Source: an uncultured Bacilli bacterium
Lineage (GTDB): Bacteria > Bacillota_I > Bacilli_A > RF39 > UBA660
Reading direction: 5' to 3'
Assembly: GCA_947598395.1 (NCBI GenBank)
Contig: CANQFG010000001.1
Location: 17,894-81,893 of the forward strand
Length of the DNA: 64,000 nucleotides
Shown: one piece after another, positions 40,235 through 49,050 of the stretch
Layout: every line of letters starts with the position of its first letter
How positions within the stretch are numbered: the first letter of the stretch is position 1
Program-made: the position numbers and the translations under genes
Notes under the pieces: generated by a model
Database searches by the model: none
Told to the model about the DNA's origin: nothing
Seen by the model: the letters and a program-made list of their open reading frames with translations, nothing else

Positions 40235-41254
40235 TCATTTGCTTTCTATACGATTTGTTTCATTTAATAATCTATCAAAATCCGATACATAATTTCTATC
40301 TTGTATAACTTTATATTTTTCATATTCATTTTCGGCTTTTTGTACTGCTTGTTTATGAGAAATTGTACCTTTTCCCTCTAATACATTATAATGAAAAACT
40401 TTTAGTGCATTTTCAACTTCTTTTTTCCAATCTTCCATATACATGGCAATATTTCTCTCCGCATTATTTTCAGCTATATCTAAAAATAAGTTCACTAAAT
40501 TATTTAAATTTTTAATTTCTTTTTCATCTAAATAATTTTTAGCAATAGTAATATCTGATTTCAGTATTTTACCATCAGGTGATTTTTCCCAATTGGTAAG
40601 CCCCATATTTTCTTTTGTCGAATCAACTCGGTTATAAACTATTTCGGCAGCAGTTTGTCCAGTAATGGCATAATGAAATTTATTTTGAATTGTTTTATAA
40701 AATTCCATTGCAATTTCATCATTTTTATCATAGTCTATTGAACATTCGGCAAAAATATCGGTGACTTTTTGATAAAACATTCTTTCACTTGTACGGATTA
40801 ATTTAATTCTTTCAAGTAATCTTTGAAAATATTCTTGATCTCTCTTGTTTGCTTTCATAAATCTTTCATCATTTAAAGCAAAACCTTGAATCATATAATC
40901 CTTAATTATTTTATTTGCCCAAGTTCTAAACTTGATGGCTTTTTTAGAATTAACTCTAAAGCCAATAGAGATAATCATATCTAAATTATAATACTTTGTA
41001 TTATAAGATTGTTTTCCATCATTACCCATATGTTCCATTTTGGAACATGTGCTTTTTTCTTCAAGTTCACCATCATTGTATATATTATTAATATGTTTAG
41101 TAATCGCTGGCCTTTTAACACTAAAAAGCGTTGCTAAAGCTTCGGTGTTTAGCCAAACATCTTCATTTTCAAGTAACACTTCTACCTTAATATTTCCTTC
41201 TTCATCATTATAAAATAAAATATTTTTTTCATTTCCGATCAATCTATCTTTCAC
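40235..41254 (-). CDS. rhuM: RhuM family virulence/defence-island protein
   Basis: NIKVEVLLENEDVWLNTEALATLF...YYNLDMIISIGFRVNSKKAIKFRTWANKIIKDYMIQGFALNDERF matches the RhuM N-terminal domain. Confidence 0.8.
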   Translation of the reverse strand: MKDRLIGNEKNILFYNDEEGNIKVEVLLENEDVWLNTEALATLFSVKRPAITKHINNIYNDGELEEKSTCSKMEHMGNDGKQSYNTKYYNLDMIISIGFRVNSKKAIKFRTWANKIIKDYMIQGFALNDERFMKANKRDQEYFQRLLERIKLIRTSERMFYQKVTDIFAECSIDYDKNDEIAMEFYKTIQNKFHYAITGQTAAEIVYNRVDSTKENMGLTNWEKSPDGKILKSDITIAKNYLDEKEIKNLNNLVNLFLDIAENNAERNIAMYMEDWKKEVENALKVFHYNVLEGKGTISHKQAVQKAENEYEKYKVIQDRNYVSDFDRLLNETNRIESK

Positions 41255-41303
41255 ACTTACACCTCCTCTAAAATTTTTCTTTTATATTAATATTTTAATA
41301 TAA

Positions 41304-41837
41304 TTATTTATTAACTAAAAACATCTTTAAATTATAAGAAGAATTTTTACTTTTCCTTCTATTGCAATCTTTGCACAGCATTTGCAAATTACTTTTGCCA
41401 AGCTCATCGCCAACATACATCCACGGAATTATATGGTCTAATTCTGATGAATCAAGATCAATATCTTTTTTACAAATATTACATTTACGACTTTGATTTT
41501 GTAGTAATTCAGATCTAATAGCTAAGTCATAAGATATTCGATGGTTATTCTTTGTAAAATATGCATAAAAATATTTATACATTAATTGGCTCTCGGCTTC
41601 GCTTAAACTACACTTTATTCTTTCAAACACTATCTTATGTGTTGTTAAAGCTTTGTCAGAACTGTTAAGAAATCTCTGCTTTACTTCCTTTTTATATTCA
41701 GAATCGCCCATCTCTTGAACCATCGTTTCAAAAATACTTATTAACAAACATTTATAGCTTTCATGCAAATATTTTTGAAGATCAATATTATTCCTTTCTA
41801 ATAAAGAGGTTATTGGTGTATCAACTACATCTATCAC
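41304..41837 (-). CDS. HNH endonuclease
   Basis: CNICKKDIDLDSSELDHIIPW...NLQMLCKDCNRRKS His-Me finger motif. Its start overlaps the stop of the DGQHR gene. Confidence 0.8.
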   Translation of the reverse strand: MIDVVDTPITSLLERNNIDLQKYLHESYKCLLISIFETMVQEMGDSEYKKEVKQRFLNSSDKALTTHKIVFERIKCSLSEAESQLMYKYFYAYFTKNNHRISYDLAIRSELLQNQSRKCNICKKDIDLDSSELDHIIPWMYVGDELGKSNLQMLCKDCNRRKSKNSSYNLKMFLVNK

Positions 41838-43021
41838 TATAATAAGCCACCTATTTGTTCGCTATTGACATAAGCTAACACTTTTTGAATATCACTTTTT
41901 GCTAATGCTATCGTTGCGCCTTCTCCTCTAAATGCTAAGCTTCTTTCGATAGTTTCTTCATTATCTTCGCCTTTATCATCACAAAAAACGCATTTAATAT
42001 TTTCAAGTTTTAAGGCCTCTGGATACTTGGAAATTAGATTTTTAAAATTGTCTTTTAACAATTTTTCTTTATTATTAATCAACTTATCACATATTTCTGG
42101 AAATACATACATTAAATATCTTAACCCACTTATTTTTGTAATAGTATCGGATTCAGGTTGTTGAAATGAAACATTAGATAATTCCTCCCACGCAGATAAG
42201 TAATTATCAATTATAATAACAAAATTATTAACGGCTTCTCTTTCATTTTGATAAACAGGAATAACTCTATTATCATAAAACTTTTTAACTCCATAAAGTT
42301 TAAATATTTTTGACATTTGAGTTTCCTTATATCCCTTTTTAATTTTATCCGCCCCAAACATTATTTTTTGATATAAAGGTGATGAACTTTCACGATTAAT
42401 AGCATCTAATAAGTCATAAGTTACTTCATCATCACCAATCAGCATTCCTAATGACTTTTTTATGTATCTTAAGAGATTTGTCTCAACCTTATCTTGCTTT
42501 TCATTAGTAACCATAAATAATTCTTTTCGCTCATTATCGGTTTGATTACTGAATACGGAAAAATTCATTTCGTAAATTATATTAGAATCAAAATTAGGAT
42601 CGATATAATCCTCATCAAAAGCGATAATACGATGTTGGCCATCTATAATTTCTAATTCATTTTCATGTTCGACAATTTCTTCTTCGGTTTCAGGAAACAT
42701 AATATAGTATTGTGTAATAGTTTTTTTTGTTCCATTTTCCTCTATAAATATTTCCTCACTTCGAACCTTTAGATCCCCTTTAACATTAATAATTGGTGAA
42801 TTAGGGATCAACCCTAATGACTTTTTATCCTCAATTTTTGTTTTTCCTGCAACATATTCACTAATTTCTCTTACTTTTTTCTCTATCCATGGTCGTTGAA
42901 CATCTTGCTTCTCTCCAGCAGTATATTTTCTTCTTAATTTTGCCACCATTCTTGGATCTGCAACCATAGAATAAAAATCTACGTCCTTTTGTTGAATTTT
43001 ATGAACTATAATTTTTTTCAT
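41837..43021 (-). CDS. DGQHR-domain protein (DndB-like, ParB/sulfiredoxin fold)
   Basis: ELEIIDGQHRIIAFDEDYI motif at 394 aa. Its own promoter TTGACA-17-TATATT and RBS AGGGAGAAG. Very AT-rich. Confidence 0.7.
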   Translation of the reverse strand: MKKIIVHKIQQKDVDFYSMVADPRMVAKLRRKYTAGEKQDVQRPWIEKKVREISEYVAGKTKIEDKKSLGLIPNSPIINVKGDLKVRSEEIFIEENGTKKTITQYYIMFPETEEEIVEHENELEIIDGQHRIIAFDEDYIDPNFDSNIIYEMNFSVFSNQTDNERKELFMVTNEKQDKVETNLLRYIKKSLGMLIGDDEVTYDLLDAINRESSSPLYQKIMFGADKIKKGYKETQMSKIFKLYGVKKFYDNRVIPVYQNEREAVNNFVIIIDNYLSAWEELSNVSFQQPESDTITKISGLRYLMYVFPEICDKLINNKEKLLKDNFKNLISKYPEALKLENIKCVFCDDKGEDNEETIERSLAFRGEGATIALAKSDIQKVLAYVNSEQIGGLL

Positions 43022-43044
43022 ACTCTTCTCCCTTCAATGCATAT

Positions 43045-43073
43045 AATATATCGTAAAAAGATTTTATTGTCAA
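43045..43073 (-). promoter_or_regulatory. SigmaA-type promoter of the DGQHR-HNH operon, overlapped by AGATCTT palindromic repeats
   Basis: Minus strand TTGACA ATAAAATCTTTTTACGA TATATT. The palindromes TAAGATCTTA, AAATCTTAT and TAGATCTTG lie at 43063..43125. Confidence 0.5.
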
Positions 43074-43295
43074 GATCTAATTTAATTTATTAAAAATAAG
43101 ATTTATTTAATAAGATCTTATTTTTAAGATCGTAATAAAGTTTGCCCACCCCGAAAGCATTTATAAAATTAACTTAGTTACACCTTATTTTTTCAAATTA
43201 ATTTTGGTTCTAGTTTTTATAATGGTTTATATTTTTTACACATTTAAAGCGTATTTGAACAATCATATTTTTACATTGCACAAAAATTGAATCAT

Positions 43296-43336
43296 AAAAA
43301 AAACTCGCAATCCCATTATTTATGGGATTTTGCGAG
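43296..43336 (-). terminator. Rho-independent terminator of secA (bidirectional hairpin)
   Basis: CTCGCAAAATCCCATAAATAATGGGATTGCGAG followed by an 8-nt U-run on the minus strand. Confidence 0.8.
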
Positions 43337-43337
43337 C

Positions 43338-45839
43338 TTACTTACCACAACAGTTCTTATATTTCTTACCAGACCCACAAGGACATGGATCGTTGCGTCC
43401 TACTTTCTTTTCATTTTTTATAGGAACGCTTTTGGCTTTTTGTTTGCCATCATTGGCTACCCCTTCCATTGGACGAGCTTGGAAATTTTGTTTGACCTCC
43501 ATCTTTAATAAGAACGTAGCAACGGAGGCATCAATGTTATCTTGCATCGCCTCAAACATCTCATAACCCTCAAGAGCGTAAGCTTGTAATGGATTATTTT
43601 GACCATAGCCGCGAAGGCCAATTCCTTCGCGAAGTTGATCCATATCGGAGATATGTTTTACCCACGCTTCATCAATTACACGAAGCGAAGTATGCTTTTC
43701 AAAATCGCGAACCAATTCTTCGGGAATAACCGCAATTTTTTCTTCATAATCATTGATAACGGCTTCACTGATAATCGCAAATACTTCATCATCGGTCTTG
43801 CCCTTTAAATCTTTAGCTTCTAATTTCGATTTTTTAACTAAATTATGATTGACCGTATCGACAATACCTTCTAAGTCACTGTCGGTTAAGTATCCTTCCG
43901 GTTCAATATGGGAATTGATCAAGGCATCGATGTGGTCCTTTATCATATCGAGAATGATTGGATGAATATCCTCAGTGTCGAGAATTTCATTGCGGCGTTC
44001 ATAAATAATCTTTCGTTGTTCGGATACGACGTTATCGTAATCAAGCAAATTTTTCCGCAAGTCATAGTTATTGCCCTCGACCTTCTTTTGAGCCGATTCG
44101 ACGGATTTGGTAAACATCTTGCTGCGAACTTGTTCCATTTCATCTAAGCCAAGCGATTGAACCATACCTTTGATACGATCAGCTCCAAATCGGCGCATTA
44201 AATCATCTTCAAAGGAAATAAAGAATTGGGAATATCCAGGATCGCCTTGACGACCAGCCCGACCACGCAACTGATTATCGATACGCCGCGATTCGTGTCT
44301 TTCCGTTCCGATGACACATAGGCCACCTAATTCGGCAACACCTTCGCCAAGTTTGATATCGGTACCACGACCAGCCATATTAGTAGCAATCGTAACGGCG
44401 CCCTTTTCGCCAGCTTTGGCTATAATTTCTGCTTCACGAGCATGGTTTTTGGCATTTAAGACCTCATGTTTAATGCCAACTTTTTCGAGCATCCGACTCA
44501 ATTTTTCATTTGATTCTACGGAGATCGTACCGACGAGAATAGGTTGTCCCGTAGCATGAATCTTTTTGATAAATTCGACGATAGCTTTATATTTACCCGC
44601 TTCCGTCGCATACATTAAATCGCTCATATCGACACGAATACAAGGTTTATTCGTTGGAATTTCGATAACATACATATTATAGATATCTCTAAATTCCTCT
44701 TCTTCGGTCTTAGCAGTTCCCGTCATACCGGAAATTTTAGCATACATTCTAAAGAGGTTTTGGAATGTAATCGTGGCCATCGTCCGCGTCTCTTCATTGA
44801 TCTTAACGCCTTCTTTGGCTTCAATAGCTTGATGCAAACCATCGGAAAATTGACGTCCTTCCATCAACCGACCGGTAAAAGGATCGACGATAACGACTTT
44901 TTCGGCCCCATCGACGACATAGTCGACATCGATTTTCATACCATAGTTGGCCTTTAAGGCTTGATTGATATGGTGAATGAGGATGGAGTTATCGACATCA
45001 TATAGATTTGTCAATTTAAAGTACTTCTCGATCTTTTTCGAACCAGCTTCGGTTAAAACGACACTTTTAGTCTTCGCATCGACGGTATAGTCATCTTCTT
45101 CGGATAATAATTTGACCGCCTTATCAGCTTCGACATAGAGATTAGCCGCATTGACCCGGCCTCCACTAATGATGAGTGGCGTCCGCGCTTCATCGATGAG
45201 CATCGAGTCAACTTCGTCTAAAATGACATAGTTTAAGCCCCTTTGAACGCGATCTTCAGGACGAACGACCATATTATCGCGAAGATAATCAAAGCCGATT
45301 TCATTATTTGTGGAATAGGTAATATCCGCATTATATACTTCCCTTTTAGCTTCGGGCGTCATATCATGCAAATTAACGCCAACGCTTAAACCTAAGAATT
45401 CATAAATTGGACGCATCCATTCGGCATTACGACTCGTCAAGTATTCATTGACGGTGACAACATGTACGCCCTTTCCCGTCAAAGCATTTAAATACGCCGG
45501 TAACGTCGTCGTAATAGTCTTACCTTCACCAGTTTTCATTTCGGCAATATTGCCAAAATGTAAGGCAAGGCCACCTAGTAATTGTACATAGTAAGGACGT
45601 TCACCGATCTTACGATAGGCAACCTCTCTAACTGCCGCAAAAGCGGGAACAATAATCGCCTCATCATTGATCGTCTTACCATTTTCGAGCTCTTTTTTTA
45701 AAGCATCAGTCGTACTGGCAAGTTCTTCATCACTCATGTGTGAATATTCATCTTCCAATGCGACGATCTTATCTGCAATCTTTTTAAATCTCTTTAATTC
45801 TTTATATTCGGTATCTATTAAACCTTTTAATATGCCCAT
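43338..45839 (-). CDS. secA: Preprotein translocase ATPase SecA
   Basis: 833 aa with DEAD-like motor motifs and a C-terminal Zn-binding CPCGSGKKYKNCCG. Confidence 0.97.
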   Translation of the reverse strand: MGILKGLIDTEYKELKRFKKIADKIVALEDEYSHMSDEELASTTDALKKELENGKTINDEAIIVPAFAAVREVAYRKIGERPYYVQLLGGLALHFGNIAEMKTGEGKTITTTLPAYLNALTGKGVHVVTVNEYLTSRNAEWMRPIYEFLGLSVGVNLHDMTPEAKREVYNADITYSTNNEIGFDYLRDNMVVRPEDRVQRGLNYVILDEVDSMLIDEARTPLIISGGRVNAANLYVEADKAVKLLSEEDDYTVDAKTKSVVLTEAGSKKIEKYFKLTNLYDVDNSILIHHINQALKANYGMKIDVDYVVDGAEKVVIVDPFTGRLMEGRQFSDGLHQAIEAKEGVKINEETRTMATITFQNLFRMYAKISGMTGTAKTEEEEFRDIYNMYVIEIPTNKPCIRVDMSDLMYATEAGKYKAIVEFIKKIHATGQPILVGTISVESNEKLSRMLEKVGIKHEVLNAKNHAREAEIIAKAGEKGAVTIATNMAGRGTDIKLGEGVAELGGLCVIGTERHESRRIDNQLRGRAGRQGDPGYSQFFISFEDDLMRRFGADRIKGMVQSLGLDEMEQVRSKMFTKSVESAQKKVEGNNYDLRKNLLDYDNVVSEQRKIIYERRNEILDTEDIHPIILDMIKDHIDALINSHIEPEGYLTDSDLEGIVDTVNHNLVKKSKLEAKDLKGKTDDEVFAIISEAVINDYEEKIAVIPEELVRDFEKHTSLRVIDEAWVKHISDMDQLREGIGLRGYGQNNPLQAYALEGYEMFEAMQDNIDASVATFLLKMEVKQNFQARPMEGVANDGKQKAKSVPIKNEKKVGRNDPCPCGSGKKYKNCCGK

Positions 45840-46072
45840 AATATAACCTCCATGTAATCTAATTTAATCCATTTATATATATTAACATATAATTTAAATA
45901 ATAATGTAAAAAAAAGCAAGTAATTTTAAACTTTTTCACATTACTACACAGCATAATTATATCACACTATCGAAATAAAACACTAAAAAAGTCGCGAATT
46001 AAGCTCTATTAAGGCAAATTAACGATGTATTATCCCTTTAGAACAACAAAAAAGGAACTCCCGTGAATCCCT

Positions 46073-46609
46073 TTATTTCGAATTTATAATTCCGTAATTG
46101 TTATCTTTCCGACGATATAATACCGATATGCAATCTTCATCAGCATTTTTAAATACGAAGAAATCATGACCGAGAAGATCCATTTGTAACATCGCCTCTT
46201 CTTCACTCATTGGCTTGGTCTCAATAGTCTTTCTCTTGACGATCCTTTCAACTTCGTTTTTTTCTTCATCACTTTCTTCAAAAGTAAACTCGGCAACTTC
46301 CGGCGTTTTATAACGATTCAAACGCGTCTTATTCTTGCGAATTTGCCGTTCCAAAACATCGATCACCAAATCGATAGCCGCATATAAATCTTGATTACTT
46401 TCCTCAGCTCGAAGCGTATACTTCGTCGTTGGAATAGTAACTTCAATAATTTGTTCGCCATTCTTAACCTTGACTAAGACATGGGCATCGATCTTACTTG
46501 GCTCTTCAAAATACCGATCTAAACGAACTAATTTTTCATTGACATAATTGCGGATTGCTTCAGTAATATCAATCTTATCTCCGCGAATATTTATATTCAC
46601 ACGAATCAC
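46073..46609 (-). CDS. hpf: Ribosome hibernation-promoting factor (long HPF)
   Basis: MIRVNINIRGDKIDITEAIRNYVNEKL S30AE domain plus a C-terminal dimerisation domain. The hpf-secA neighbourhood matches B. subtilis yvyD-secA. Confidence 0.9.
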   Translation of the reverse strand: MIRVNINIRGDKIDITEAIRNYVNEKLVRLDRYFEEPSKIDAHVLVKVKNGEQIIEVTIPTTKYTLRAEESNQDLYAAIDLVIDVLERQIRKNKTRLNRYKTPEVAEFTFEESDEEKNEVERIVKRKTIETKPMSEEEAMLQMDLLGHDFFVFKNADEDCISVLYRRKDNNYGIINSK

Positions 46610-46656
46610 CTTCCTACATTAATTATATCAAGGAAACGTGAATTATTAAAGTTATT

Positions 46657-46872
46657 TTACATTACTGGACTCATAACTTCTTGGGCAACTTCGACTGCTT
46701 GAAGACCTTTTACAGTTTCTACTAATTTAAAATTAACGATGTCGCCTTCATTTAATGTCTTGTAACCTTCTTTTAAAATAGCTGAATAGTGAACGAAAAT
46801 ATCTTCTAAATCACCACATTCGATAAAGCCATAACCTTTTTCGTTATTAAACCACTTTACCGTGCCTTGCAT
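46657..46872 (-). CDS. Cold-shock protein (CspA family)
   Basis: [21 protein letters not shown]1 motif. Extended -10 TGTATAAT upstream. Confidence 0.9.
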   Translation of the reverse strand: MQGTVKWFNNEKGYGFIECGDLEDIFVHYSAILKEGYKTLNEGDIVNFKLVETVKGLQAVEVAQEVMSPVM

Positions 46873-47021
46873 TACTTCCACCTTCTTCCTCTCAAACTAC
46901 ATGACCCATTATACAAGAAGAAAATTAAATAATTTGTCATATTGTGTCGAAGGATTAAAAAAATGTTAAATTTAGCAATATAGGCTCATTAAAGTTCATT
47001 TTAGACAAAAAAGTGCCACTT

Positions 47022-48239
47022 TTAGACAAAGAGATAGGTAATAAACGAATCAGATTGAATAAAAAAATCACATTTTATATTACAAGAAGTCAAATAACTA
47101 AGTCCTAAACCACTTTCTCTTTCCTTAGTCGAATAATTGAGCATTCCCAATTTATCCAAATCGAGTTCACTGTTAAAGCTATTGCTGATCTTTATTATGA
47201 TCTTATCCTGGCGATGAATATCGACACTTATAACGCGGGCTTTGGAATGCGTAGCGGCTTCAATAGCATTATCTAAGACGATGCCAATCGCTTCACATAT
47301 CTCTAAATATTTATGGGCATCTAAGGTATTAATATCGTCAATACTATCGTCATAGTTAAGATCGACAAAGACATTTTGACATTCAGCTAAGGAAAGTTTA
47401 GCATTGATTATTCCAATAATTCCCGTACCTTTCATCTTTATTAAGGGCGAGATTTCATAATTTAGTTTAAATTTTCGCATCATTAAATTGATCATTTCCT
47501 TAGTTTTATGAGCATCACTGGACTTAATTCCCAGTAAGTTATTAACTAAGTTATGGCGCATTAATCGATAATCATAGCTTATTTTATTATACTTATCTTT
47601 GAGGGCCTTATAATCTTCCATACTAATGCCTTCTTTACTTTGAATATATAAATCCATTCCCAAGATTAAAGTTATGATAGCCATCATGAAGACGATAAAC
47701 ATTATAATGGGCAAACGAATCAACATATCGACCCTTAATAAATAAGAGAAAATAAATTGCATGAATATTAAAATAATCGTTAACATCGACAAAAGATTAT
47801 CTTTATTATCTAAATGACGTCGTAATAACAAAAGAAATTTATAGACGCCATATTCCATCGGAATAATGGCAATCAATAAAAGCCCTAGACATTCGATTAA
47901 AAGTTGACTTTCATTAACATAAAATAATAGATATAGGGGCAATTTGACAATTAATAAACAGAGATAAAATAGTAAATTATTTATAAAGCAAATGCGGGCA
48001 CTTGCTTGATATATCAGCCTTATAAATAAAAAATCAAAAAAGATACGCATTAATATGAGTACGATACCATCTAAAAAGAAATAAATAAAGAGATAGAAAA
48101 ATCCAAAAAGGATAACGTAATAAATATAATACAAATGAAATTTAATTTTAAGATTATTTATTTTGGTACAATCATAATATCTCAAAAAGAGAAAAAAATA
48201 CATTTCGAGTAAGAAAAAGACATTTTTACTCATTCTCAA
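47022..48239 (-). CDS. HPK10-family (AgrC/ComD-like) sensor histidine kinase
   Basis: About 7 N-terminal TM helices, H-box MRHNLVNNLLG and a HATPase_c_5 block VLDNAIEAA...ESGLGLSY. A terminator AAAAGTGGCACTTTTTTG lies just downstream. Confidence 0.75.
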   Translation of the reverse strand: MRMSKNVFFLLEMYFFLFLRYYDCTKINNLKIKFHLYYIYYVILFGFFYLFIYFFLDGIVLILMRIFFDFLFIRLIYQASARICFINNLLFYLCLLIVKLPLYLLFYVNESQLLIECLGLLLIAIIPMEYGVYKFLLLLRRHLDNKDNLLSMLTIILIFMQFIFSYLLRVDMLIRLPIIMFIVFMMAIITLILGMDLYIQSKEGISMEDYKALKDKYNKISYDYRLMRHNLVNNLLGIKSSDAHKTKEMINLMMRKFKLNYEISPLIKMKGTGIIGIINAKLSLAECQNVFVDLNYDDSIDDINTLDAHKYLEICEAIGIVLDNAIEAATHSKARVISVDIHRQDKIIIKISNSFNSELDLDKLGMLNYSTKERESGLGLSYLTSCNIKCDFFIQSDSFITYLFV

Positions 48240-48939
48240 ACCTGAATTTTTTGGATAACATATCGACTCTTTCCATATTATCGAGAATAAAATATCCCTG
48301 TGCCCAATTATATAAATGAACTTTATCGGTATTTACGATACATGAGCGATGGACTTGTCTAAATCTTTCATCTAAAAAGGTAAGGATATCATTAAAATTT
48401 TTGGCAATTAAAAAAGTATTGCCACCACTCGTTTTAATAGCTAACTTGCGTTCAACAGTATCGCGATAGATATAATTTATCTCATCGAGATATATTTGAA
48501 AATTGACGCGATTATTGGCAAACGTCAACTTTCTCTTATCCCAATTTTTGGAAATTATTTTGCGGATATCCGCTCCTAAACGTTTGTCCATTGAATCAAA
48601 CTTTTCGATAAAATCAAAGACTTTATAGACGGAACGAAAAACTTTTTCAAACATCTTATCGTGACCAGTTAAATAAATTAATTCACTATCCCAATCATAT
48701 GAGCGAATATATTTTCCAATATCTAAACCGGATATAGCCGTACGAAATTCGATATCTAAGATATAAATTTTAGGAGTCTTGTCAGCAATAATTGTCTTTA
48801 GCTCATCGTTTAAACCATCAAATTCACGAATAACATAGTCGATATCTTTTTGAAACATTATTTTATTTATAATTTCTTTAACAAGCTTGCGGATTCTTTC
48901 GGAATCATCTACTAAGACATATGTTAGCATTTTCATCAC
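48226..48939 (-). CDS. LytTR-family response regulator (AgrA/ComE-like)
   Basis: Receiver domain YVLVDDS...YILDIEF and a C-terminal LytTR domain ...FRQVHRSCIVN. Overlaps the kinase gene by 14 nt. Confidence 0.8.
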   Translation of the reverse strand: MMKMLTYVLVDDSERIRKLVKEIINKIMFQKDIDYVIREFDGLNDELKTIIADKTPKIYILDIEFRTAISGLDIGKYIRSYDWDSELIYLTGHDKMFEKVFRSVYKVFDFIEKFDSMDKRLGADIRKIISKNWDKRKLTFANNRVNFQIYLDEINYIYRDTVERKLAIKTSGGNTFLIAKNFNDILTFLDERFRQVHRSCIVNTDKVHLYNWAQGYFILDNMERVDMLSKKFRFENE

Positions 48940-49050
48940 CTCGAATTATTGCTACACTACATAATAATAGTATATAGATTTTTATAAATCAAGGGAAAAA
49001 AAGCTATGACTAGTGAAATTTTTTGTGGATAACGAATATCATTTTCGTAA

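Larger units (their letters stand above)
35612..43300. other. Accessory gene block inserted between prfB and secA, which are adjacent in B. subtilis and, as far as I recall, commonly linked in Firmicutes
   Basis: Conserved neighbours hpf-secA (46609..43338) and prfB (35550..34455) flank it. The 39.3-43.0 kb portion is visibly more AT-rich and encodes KilA-N, RhuM, HNH and DGQHR proteins. No integrase or transposase is present. Confidence 0.6.

Noticed and set aside
48991-49017. 8-codon ORF ATGACTAGTGAAATTTTTTGTGGATAA (MTSEIFCG) upstream of the LytTR regulator, considered as an Agr/Com-type signalling peptide
   Set aside because: It is far too short for an AgrD or ComC precursor, has no leader or double-glycine motif, no RBS, and sits in the likely smpB terminator region.
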